Positions 54,558 through 64,000 of a DNA stretch of 64,000 bases are shown piece after piece. The stretch is from Guillardia theta CCMP2712 (Eukaryota; Protista; Cryptophyta): contig NW_005434662.1 in the NCBI RefSeq assembly GCF_000315625.1, forward strand, positions 8,026-72,025, given 5' to 3'. A program made the position numbers and the translations under genes. Position 1 is the first letter of the stretch, and the number at the start of each line of letters is the position of its first letter. The notes under the pieces were generated by a model, which was not told the DNA's origin, did not search any database, and was given only the letters and a program-made list of their open reading frames with translations.

Positions 54558-55259
54558 TTATCTCGAACCCTTTCCCTCCTGCCGCAAGAAGTGCTTCTGC
54601 GCGTGCGACCGAACTTGCTCTTCTGATCTCGTCCCAATGTACTCTGAAATCTTCCCCGCTACTCCCATTCCAAGTCCCACCGACCTCCTCCCGTCCGGTC
54701 GCACCCGCCGGTCGGTATCTGCGAACATGGCGAGGGCCTCTAGGAACTTCGCCTCCTCCTCTGGTGACCACTGGCTGGAGTTGAAGATCGCCTTCTCCAG
54801 CTGCCGGCAGTAGTTCTTCAGCTCGTCCTGCGACTTCCTTGGCTGGCTGTACACGTCCGAAGGAGGAGGGCAGGGCTGGTGCTGGGAGAAAGACCCGCAG
54901 GAGGAGTTGGACTGAGGAGCGCTGAGGTGCGTGGATGGAGACGACACTGTTGAGTCTAGCAGCGAACGTGCATATGAACAAGGGCCTTCGACGTCCTCAT
55001 CCATGTGGATCGGCTCCGTTGATGACTGTGAGTCGCTATATGAGAGACCCGCTGGAAGGAGCAAGAGGTGTGAATGAGGGGTGGTCTGAGAAGAGTCGGC
55101 TTGATGCATACTGTCAGCGCTGTCGATGGACAGCTCCAATGTCTCCTCGTTCCTCAGATATGCTACAAACGAGTCGAGGAGACCGGTGCTGGACATGGCA
55201 AGGTCGGCAACCGCATCGTCCACAGAGTGGGCGGGGGAAAGGGGAATGTGATGGCACAT
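54558..55259 (-). CDS. MYB-related transcription factor, SHAQKYF class
   Basis: WSPEEEAKFLEAL...ISEYIGTRSEEQVRSHAQKHF. First in-frame ATG at 55259. Confidence 0.85.
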   Translation of the reverse strand: MCHHIPLSPAHSVDDAVADLAMSSTGLLDSFVAYLRNEETLELSIDSADSMHQADSSQTTPHSHLLLLPAGLSYSDSQSSTEPIHMDEDVEGPCSYARSLLDSTVSSPSTHLSAPQSNSSCGSFSQHQPCPPPSDVYSQPRKSQDELKNYCRQLEKAIFNSSQWSPEEEAKFLEALAMFADTDRRVRPDGRRSVGLGMGVAGKISEYIGTRSEEQVRSHAQKHFLRQEGKGSR

Positions 55260-55539
55260 GCTCGAAGAAGATGTGGAAGGAAGAGGAAGAGACAAGGTCT
55301 TGATGGGGGGCAAAAGAGTGAATGCGAGAGGAGGATAGAAGTAGCAGGAGGGGAGGGGCCGACGGGGGGAGGGAGGGGGAGGCGATTGAGAGCATGTCGA
55401 GGTCGGCAGGTTTCTTGATTGACGGCAAGAGGGGAGACAATGTCAGCAACTTGTCAGCAATGAGAACTCCGAGTGCGAAACGATGCGTTTGAGTGTTCTT
55501 TACCATCTAGTCAGATTTATTTTTAGCTACGTTTTTGCG

Positions 55540-56435
55540 GTTAACTCCGCTTCCGCGTTCTCGGGCCTTCTCCGACCCGACTGGTTGGAACTCCGGGCCG
55601 GGGAAGACTGAAGGGCCGGGCTCGGAGAGACAAGACCCGGTCAGGGTGATGAAGTAAAGGCCCCTCATCAGCCACGGTCGCTGACTCAGTGACTGCTTTA
55701 CTCCAAGTTAAGTTTACGAGCATTTATCACTGAGGAGAGTCGAGGAGCACGGAGCCTCGGAGGCTCAGCTTGATCGGACCCTGGCAGTCACGTTACTGCC
55801 AAAGTGACCGGGGCCCTGACACTGTCGCACTACTGGCCAAACGGCGCCGGCGAGAACTTCAAGGCTTCGGAAGACTCGGAAAAAACCGTGACGGGCCGAT
55901 CCGGCGGGCCCCGGGTGGCCGCCGGTACGGTAGGCCACTCGGAACGGTAGTCAGTACCGTACCGTACCGCTGGTGATCGGACTACTGGCCGCCGACCCGG
56001 GCCGGCGTACGCCGGGCCGGCGTGCCCGGCCGCCCGGCGGCCGGCGCCAGTGCAGTCACAGTGCCGCAGCCTCAGTGCCAGTGGGCCCGGCGGGGGGCGG
56101 CTCCGCCGGGGCCGCCGGCGCGGCGCGGCCCGGCCGCGGCCGTTCAACTTGGCAAGTTGAAGCCTCCGTCAGTTTGCCCGCCGGCACCGTCACGGCGCCG
56201 TCACGGCGCCGTCCCGGCGATCGGTGAGCCTGGAGGACGGCCGGCGTCCGCCGGGTCCGGGGACGTGACTCTGGCTCACGGCGCGGCGGCCGCGCCCCGG
56301 CCCCGGTCCACCTTTCAAAGTTCTCAGAACGGTCCAGCCGCCGGGCCGCCGCCCGCCGCCGGGGCCCGGTTTGATCAGTTCCGAAGCCTGTTTCAACGTC
56401 AACCTGAGTGACTGAGACGGTGCGGGCCTGAGCGG
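55540..56435. promoter_or_regulatory. GC/CpG-rich island between divergent MYB and Nop15 genes
   Basis: Extreme GC content, TGACTCAGTGAC at ~55682, and the hairpin TTCAACTTG-G-CAAGTTGAA at ~56142-56160. Confidence 0.5.
55696..55856 (-). repeat. Insertion-inflated reverse copy of the ~160-bp element
   Basis: CTTTACTCcAAGTTAAGTT..TACGAG..AGGAGAGTCGAGGA..CTTGA..CCCTGACACTGTCGCAC..GGCCAAACGGCG..GGCGAGAA, collinear with 21006-21100. Confidence 0.8.
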
Positions 56436-56955
56436 GTGTGAGGGTATCACTACCAAAGCTTCACGTGCGATGTAGAATGGAAATGGACGATGGGAAGCGG
56501 AGTACGAGGAGCAGGAGCAGAGGCAGGAGGAGTGATATAGGTGTAGGAAGAACAGGATGAGGCAGACGAAGAAGGATATTAGGAGAATGGTATGAAGAGA
56601 AAGAGGAAGGGGGTGGGGCAGGAGAGAAGGGGATGGTATGGTGTAGAGGAGTCTGGTTGTGGTAGAGGACGACGTGAAGGCGAGGACAATGACTATAAGC
56701 ACGAGAGGAGGCTGAGACTAGGTAAATGGTGATGAAAATAGAAGTCATGTCAATGGCAGGGGAGAAAAATCACAATGAGGTTGAGAAAGGCTAAGGTTTT
56801 CTCTGAACATGCCTGGGGAGTGCCGGCAGAAACTGAGGAGAAGGCGTAATTAAGGAAAGTGGAGGAAAGGAAGGAAAGGAGAGGGAAGTGGAACTAGATC
56901 AGCACAAGCTACAGGGGACATGTGATGGGATGAATCTTTGACATATGTGCAGATC

Positions 56956-58341
56956 ATGGTGGAGACCAAAGCTGCCAAGAGGAAGTCAGCGAAGAAGTGA
57001 GAGACATTGTATGTTCCAACTTGCCATGGTGTGATGTTTCGTGTAGAGTGGCTCGGAGGGCCTCAAACGAGATTGCGATCGAGAACAAGAAGAAGCTGAG
57101 CGCGAAGAAGTTGGCAAAGAATCCCAAGAAGGAGGAAAAGGAGGTTTTGAACGCTGAAGAAGTACTGAGACCTCTTACTCATACGCCTAGGAAAACTCAG
57201 GGGACGATGCCCTGGACAAGATTGATCTGGAAGAGCTCATGGGCTCAGCAGGAGAAGACGCTGAAGAGAGCGAAGAGAGCGAAGGGGAGGGAGATGGCTT
57301 CAAATCTCAACGACTTGTCGTGAAGTTGGACAAAGTTCAGGAGAAGAAGCTCAAATCAAAGTTGCAAGGAATCGACAAGCTCAACGGTCTTGCACGCTCC
57401 TTGTTACTCCTTGTCAGCTGAAGTTGGGCATGCAGTCACTGCAGATCCCACCAAGAGCAGCGTCGTCTACGTCGGACGCATCCCTTACGGGTTCTTTGAG
57501 GATGAGATGAGGGGGTATTTCTCGCAGTTCGGCGAGATCAGCAGGATAAGAGTGTCACGCAACAAGAAGGTGAAGCAGACGATGCTCTCAGTCTTCTTTC
57601 TCACCTTGTCTCCCACTCCTCCCCTAGCGTGCTTTTGTTCTCCTCAATCTTTCTGTCCTCCCCTCTCTCGCCTTGTACTCAGCCGCTCGCAAGTGATCCT
57701 GTTGCAACAGACGGGAAAGTCGAAGCATTATGCCTTCATTGAGTTCGAGCATCCAGAGGCAACTAACTTACTTACACCCTCATGTTACCGACGTGACATT
57801 CCCCACAGGTCGCCGAGATCGTGGCCACGACTCATGACAAGATGCTGCTCATGGACAGAGCGATTCGTTGTGCTGTTGTCCCCCCGAACAAGGTGATTGT
57901 AATGAAGTAGAGATGCCGTCTGTGGTGACGTCATCTTCTCAGCTCCATCCCGCCCTGTGGAGAGGCGCAAACAAGGTTTTCAAGCCGGCAAACTTCAAGG
58001 TGCCGCCCGTGGATATCCTTTGATCTTCCCTCCACTGAGCTCGCAAGTAGGCAAAGGCGATCGAGCAGACGCATCAGAAGAGGACAAGAGAGCAGGTAAG
58101 CGAAGCTCCTGGGCCCTTCCAGCCTGCTCAACTCCTGTCTCCCTTGCAGGAAGTGAAAAGAGTGAAGAAGCTTAAGAAGAAAGAGAGTCTGAAAAGGAAG
58201 CAGCTGGAGAAGGTGGTGCCTCACCTTGTGGGTCAGCTTATGACGTTGATACAGGCGGGGATTGACTACGAGTTCGAAGGATACTCGGCACAGGCTGACA
58301 GCAAACGAGCCAAGAGGATGAAGTTTAAGGACGATGAGTAG
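56956..58341 (+). CDS. NOP15: Nucleolar RRM protein Nop15/NIFK (60S biogenesis), multi-exon
   Basis: VVYVGRIPYGFFEDEMRGYFSQFGEISRIRVSRNKK|TGKSKHYAFIEFEHPE|VAEIVA, with C-terminal AGIDYEF. Confidence 0.88.
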
Positions 58342-58764
58342 GATAGGTGCGGGAACTTGTGTAAAGTGAAGGATCATAAGAGGGTTGAGACCGGATCGCT
58401 GCTTCGTCCGTCATGATTGCCCCATCACCGAGCCACATCAAAGATTTTCATTCAACACTGCCAAGTGCCGTTGAAGGAGGAGAGAAAGGGGGGAGAGAGG
58501 GTTGGGGATGCTCGAGAGGCTTCAGAGAGCGATACCATCTCGATGACTGTCTCTGTCGTCAGCGAAGTTGATCCGGGATGCTGACGCTAGCTGCGCCTGC
58601 CACTCGTGCTTGTTCCTCGAATGATTCCACCTGCTCACCCGATCAGCCCCCTTGCTACCCTCAATCTTACGGAGAGCAAGGGAGGGAAGAACACTCCGGG
58701 GAGGTAGGAGGTGACGGTGAACAAGAGGCAAAGAGGAGGGTAGAAGGAAGAAAGGGGAGGAAAT

Positions 58765-58895
58765 GACAGGAAAGGAATAGAGGCAGAAGAGGACAGGAGA
58801 GGAATAGAGGCAGAGGAGGACAGGAAAGGAATAGATGCAGCGGAGGACAGGAAAGGAATAGAGGCAGAGGAGGACAGGAAAGGAATAGAGGTAGA
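58765..58895. repeat. 27-bp tandem minisatellite, ~5 copies
   Basis: GACAGGAAAGGAATAGAGGCAGAGGAG with single substitutions. Confidence 0.88.
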
Positions 58896-58915
58896 GCACT
58901 TTCTCCGCTACTCAC

Positions 58916-58999
58916 CAGCTTGGAGAGGAGAGCGATGTAGTTCCTGCAGGCCCGCCAGCACTGCCAACGGTCCACCACTGCCCGTTTGTGATGCCAATC
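58916..58999 (-). CDS. Isolated exon of an unidentified minus-strand gene or pseudogene
   Basis: CTGCAG|84 nt open (DWHHKRAVVDRWQCWRACRNYIALLSKL)|GTGAGT. Confidence 0.35.
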
Positions 59000-59219
59000 C
59001 TGCAGATCAGCCCGAGATTAGCCCAATGTCATGCTGTAAGGAGGGACGAGGAGAGGACTGGGGATACAGCGGAGAGGACATCCGACCCTGATCGGAATCC
59101 GACTCAAGCAGACCAGCCTTGGAGTGGGACAGGAGCAGAAGAGGGGCAGGAGCAGGGACAGGGGCGAAAGGGCGAGGGCGAGGGCGAGGGCGAGGGCAGG
59201 GGCAGCGAAACTTGAAGGA

Positions 59220-59420
59220 GGAGCAGGACCAGGAACAGCAGGATCAGGAGCAAGAATAGGAGCAGGGGCAGGGGCAGGGGCAGGGGCAGGTGCAGGATCA
59301 GGAGCAGGATCAGGATCAGGATCAGGAGCAGGAGCAGGATCAGGAGCGGGAGCGGGAGCGGGAGCGGGATCAGGAGCAGGAGCAGGAGCAGGAGCAGGAA
59401 GAGGAGCAGGAGCAGGAGCG

Positions 59421-59485
<65 letters not shown>

Positions 59486-59526
59486 GGGAGCGGGAGCGGG
59501 AGCGGGAGCGGGATCAGGAGCAGGAT

Positions 59527-59557
<31 letters not shown>

Positions 59558-59648
59558 GGGAGCGGGAGCGGGATCAGGAGCAGGAGCAGGAGCAGGAGCG
59601 GGAGCAGGAGCAGGAGCAGGAGCGGGAGCGGGAGCGGGAGCAGGAGCG

Positions 59649-59683
<35 letters not shown>

Positions 59684-59695
59684 GGGAGCGGGAGG
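59220..59695. repeat. (GGAGCA/GGAGCG/GGATCA)n hexanucleotide repeat
   Basis: Direct observation. Confidence 0.92.
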
Positions 59696-60028
59696 CCACT
59701 GGACAAGGCCGCACCCACTCCCCTCGGCCAAGTTGGGAGGCCCTCCCCCCTTTACGATATTCCTCGGGGTTTACCACCCGTCAGAAGTACCCCATCCCTG
59801 GGAGATTGAGGGGGGGGCGGGGGGGGGGCGAGGAGGAGGAAGGGGAGGAAGGGAGGAGAAGAGAAGGAGGGAAGGAGGCAGTGGAGGTAGAGATAGAGGT
59901 TAAGTGACGGAACAAGAGATAAGGGAGATGGGAAGCTGCAGGTCATTGTGAGAGATAAGTCAGTGGGGAAAACTTCGCTGGTGTCCCCTTGAAGATTATC
60001 GACGATGAATGGGGGGGGTTTGAAGTAG

Positions 60029-63000
60029 ATGTCTTATTGTGATTCAATACGCAAAGAGCTCATGTGTATGACTTGCTGCAAGCATGACTCTTTTGCAGTG
60101 ATGGTGGTGTTGGCCGAAGCAGGAGCACCCTGGCTCCACAGAAGATGTCGCGACAGAGACTTGGGAGCAGATCATTGCGGTCTCTTCACGATTGAGGAGG
60201 AGGGCCCTCTAGACGTGTGCGGGCTGATGGACGATGGCCCAACATCAGCAGCACCCTGCAGCGAGGCTGACTTGAAGAACGCTCTGCATCTTACCAAGGG
60301 GATTCGAGTTAGCTGGCAAGAGCTCCCTGCTGGTCTGAGGATGGCGCTGTTTCCTGCCATGAGGGTGGCGATGGCGCTTTTCTTACAGAGAACCCATCAG
60401 TCGGGTGATAGCAGCTTCTTGAACAGAGATTCTCTGCACAAATGCGAAGAATGCATTCGACTTGCTCTGCAAGGGTTCGACAAAGTTCGACTTGGAGGCG
60501 GAGTGAGTGTGCTGAATGTCGTCGATGCCATTCATGCGATCTTGATGCTGCTGCCAACATCCTGTGTTGACATCGGCAAACGTTGGGAGTGGATCAGAAT
60601 GCTGACAGATGTTTCTTGTGTGCAGCATGTTGCGGTCGAACAGGTCTGACGAAGACAGCGGTCATGTTGCTACGCTGACGAGACGTGCAGAGTGAGTTGT
60701 CAATCAACGAGATCTGCCTGAATGACAAGCTGGGAGCCTCGAGCCCTTTGAGAAGATCGATCTCGGTAAGGATTGAGATGATTGCTTCGGGGATGATGAT
60801 GGAGATGAAGATGATGGTGATTAAGAATCTCGATCGGTTTAATCATCATGATAATGATTGTGACAGAGAGTTTGTGTTAGAAGAGATGTGGTGTAGCGAG
60901 GGATGTGATATACTTGTACATGTTTCAATCGTATCTCACCATCATCCGCCGATATTTTAACTTGAAATGTCAGATTTCCTTGCTTGCAAACCTCAGCTGC
61001 AAACTCGAATCAGGTGAAGGGCAAGTGGTAAGAGGAAGTTTGCGCTCAGTTGATAGTGCAGGGAGCGAGCAAGTGACGAAACAGATGTTCATCATCATCA
61101 AGAACATGTCAAACGCCCTCTTCTTGTCTATCGACAACTCCAACAGACCTGATGCACCTAGCTGTCGAAACATGATGCACGTTCCGAGCTCTTCGGCCAT
61201 GAAATTGGTGATGTCAGAGAGCAAGAAGGATTTGGGGAAAGACATCTCGACAAGAAACTGTCACGATCATCGCACTTCGCAATCTCTGGAGAGAGCAGAA
61301 GAAGTCGAGACAAGCTCTCATCACGATGTTTGCACCATGGCATGCATTGGATCCCTTGTGAGTTATGCCTGTCCCAACTCGTTCCATTCTCATCATCTCG
61401 TTCTCTTTGATATGCTTCTCTGCTTCTTCTTGTGTTTGCTCGTCTTGTCTTTCCTTTGAGATAGTTCCATTCTTGATGTCTTGACTCAGGTGAGAGTCAT
61501 CTTGTACTGGACGGATCAGATTTTTGTTGTCACTCATGGAGGAGCGAGGGATGGAAACGTCGAGAAAGCTCCTTGTCGACAGAGCCATCAGCAGAAGCTT
61601 CGTTTCAAGAGCAACAGCTGTGATGCTCAGAATTGTTTCGTGTTCGGAGGAATCAGAACGTTGTTTGAGGTAGAAAGAATAGAACAAACCTTTCCAGCTC
61701 ACGTTACTCTGTCAGGCGATGCGAAGACATTCAAGTTCGATGAACAAATGGCACAAGTTGTCATCATGATAGATTGAAGTGAATCTGAGATGTTGTGAAC
61801 AGATGGAGCCTGTGTCATGGGCTGTCGAAAATTCTCGAGAGTGAAGCACTCTGGCATCTTGTTTCAAGGTTGTTGTGATTTCAATGTCCTGAATGTTTGA
61901 GATAATATGACTATATCGACGTTTTTTCATCATGATGAAGAACAAGGAATTGATGATGATGATGATTAGGAGGAGGAGGANNNNNNNNNNNNNNNNNNNN
62001 NNNNNNNNNNNNNNNNNNNNNNNNNNNNNNNNNNNNNNNNNNNNNNNNNNNNNNNNNNNNNNNNNNNNNNNNNNNNNNNNNNNNNNNNNNNNNNNNNNNN
62101 NNNNNNNNNNNNNNNNNNNNNNNNNNNNNNNNNNNNNNNNNNNNNNNNNNNNNNNNNNNNNNNNNNNNNNNNNNNNNNNNNNNNNNNNNNNNNNNNNNNN
62201 NNNNNNNNNNNNNNNNNNNNNNNNNNNNNNNNNNNNNNNNNNNNNNNNNNNNNNNNNNNNNNNNNNNNNNNNNNNNNNNNNNNNNNNNNNNNNNNNNNNN
62301 NNNNNNNNNNNNNNNNNNNNNNNNNNNNNNNNNNNNNNNNNNNNNNNNNNNNNNNNNNNNNNNNNNNNNNNNNNNNNNNNNNNNNNNNNNNNNNNNNNNN
62401 NNNNNNNNNNNNNNNNNNNNNNNNNNNNNNNNNNNNNNNNNNNNNNNNNNNNNNNNNNNNNNNNNNNNNNNNNNNNNNNNNNNNNNNNNNNNNNNNNNNN
62501 NNNNNNNNNNNNNNNNNNNNNNNNNNNNNNNNNNNNNNNNNNNNNNNNNNNNNNNNNNNNNNNNNNNNNNNNNNNNNNNNNNNNNNNNNNNNNNNNNNNN
62601 AATCATCTCGCCCTCCCTCCGCGCCTCCCTCCCTCCCGCCCGCCCTCCCGCCCTCCCTCCCTCCCTCCCTCCCTCCCTCCCTCCCTCCCTCCCTCCCTCC
62701 CTCCCTCCCTCCCTCCCTCTGTTCCTCTTCCTCTCTCTCCTGCTCGTTCTTTCCTCTCCTCCTCCTCGTCACCTTGCACGTATCTCCCCTCACACATTCT
62801 TCTTTCTGTTTGTCTTGCTCCCTCGCCGTGTTCTTCCGCATCCGACTCACTCCGCCTTCTCACACTCCCAGGAGCTCAAGTGGACCATCGTCGAGGTTCT
62901 GAATCGCTTCATCCTCCACGTCAGGAGCCTCGAGAAGAGGAGGACAGACAAGGAGGAGGCAGGAGGAGAGGGAGGGGAGGAGAGAAAACGTCTCCTCCTG

Positions 63001-63263
63001 CTCGTTGAGGAGTGGAAGGGAATCGGACAGGACGTGGAGCCGCTGGAGCGGATGAAGGAAGAGGTGAGGACGATGCGGTTCAGACCTTGAGTGAGAAAGG
63101 CGCAGCTGCAGGACGCGTTCTCCTCCTACTGCAGATCCAGAATGTTGAAGGACGGCGATATACGGTCTCCACCACCTCCTCCTCCCCCTTCCAACTCCTA
63201 CTCTTCCTATCTTCGCTTTTGTCGCCTCCTCTCGCTCTGCAGGCTGATACTCTTGCAGGTTGA
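60029..63263 (+). CDS. Hypothetical multi-exon protein(s), possibly one gene spanning the gap
   Basis: Complex-composition ORFs at 60029, 60685, 60905 and 61481, plus an exon at 62872-63063, with GT-AG boundaries. No recognisable domain. Confidence 0.4.
61981..62600. other. Assembly gap (N run)
   Basis: Run of N. Confidence 0.99.
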
Positions 63264-63299
63264 AGTTTGAGCGAGCAGACAACAGGAAGGAGGATGTGT

Positions 63300-64000
63300 G
63301 TACTAGTTGAGCGGCGGGAAGAGGAGGAGGAGGAGCAGGAGGGAAGGAGGGGAGAGGAAGGAAAGATGAAAGAAGCAGGAGGGAGGAAGTGTTAGGAGCG
63401 GGAAGGGGAGTGAGACAGAGAAGGAAGAAGCAAAACTTATGATTATATCATTCACTCAGCCTCTCCTCCCTCCTCCCCTTGCCTTCTGTACATCTTCCCA
63501 CTTCATCTTAACCTCTTCACTGCTCTCTCCTCCTTCTCCTCCTGCCGTCGCATGCTCAGTGTTCCTTTCAACTTCGATCCGCACCTGCCGCAGATTTACG
63601 AGCAGCGTCTTCCTCCCCCTCCTCTCCTTCCCCCATTCTCCTCATCAACTCCCTCCAGTCCCTGCTCTCTTCCTTGTCGTACTATTCCAAACTCTGCCTC
63701 CCTTCCTCCTCCTCGTCCTCCTCCTCCCTCCTCCTTTTCCTCCTCCTCCTCTCTCCTCCTCCTCCCTCCTCCTCCTCCTTCTCCTCCTCCTCCTCCTCTC
63801 TCCTCCTCCTCCTCCCTCCTCCTCCTCGCTTCTCTCACCTCCAGCAGAAGTTCGCGTTAACACGGTGCTCTCCCTCTTCACATCGAAACAAATTGTCTAC
63901 AGCTAGAGTCAGCACCTCCAAATATCTCCTCCCTCCCTCCCTCCCTCCCTCCCTCCCTCCCTCCCTCCCTCCCTCCCTCCCTCCCTCCTCCCTCCCTCCC
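63300..64000. repeat. Purine then pyrimidine low-complexity/SSR region
   Basis: (GGA)n, (CCT)n and (CCCT)n tracts. Confidence 0.8.

Noticed and set aside
58765-58895. CRISPR-like repeat array
   Set aside because: Head-to-tail 27-mers with no spacers, no cas genes, and a eukaryotic context.
59124-59903. Silk-fibroin-like GAGAGS ORF
   Set aside because: It is a translation of a hexanucleotide microsatellite that is open in several frames on both strands, with no signal peptide or unique domain.

Overview
Gene-dense, intron-rich eukaryotic nuclear DNA. It is most consistent with an alga bearing a secondary red plastid (cryptophyte-like), inferred from signal-peptide+Phe bipartite plastid presequences, ~40-60 bp GT/GC-AG introns and SSR-rich introns. 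About 18 protein genes can be supported: PRRC2/BAT2_N-like, two LRR proteins, PUF60-like, cytosolic HSP70, a thylakoid-lumen TPR protein, a pseudoRhoGAP-SH3-DENN-PH protein, an EF-hand protein, an RGG disordered protein, a PH protein, a large coiled-coil protein, an ACL5-like aminopropyltransferase, a SHAQKYF MYB, Nop15/NIFK and several hypotheticals. There are two N-gaps. The most striking non-genic signal is a regular architecture. Nearly every head-to-head gene junction carries a very GC-rich 'scrambled' island, often beside a GGGGTA/TACCCC tract, while tail-to-tail junctions are short and island-free. The islands host a ~160-bp repeat family present as near-intact copies and as copies visibly inflated by short, locally templated insertions. 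Multi-exon gene boundaries were read by eye and are approximate where stated.
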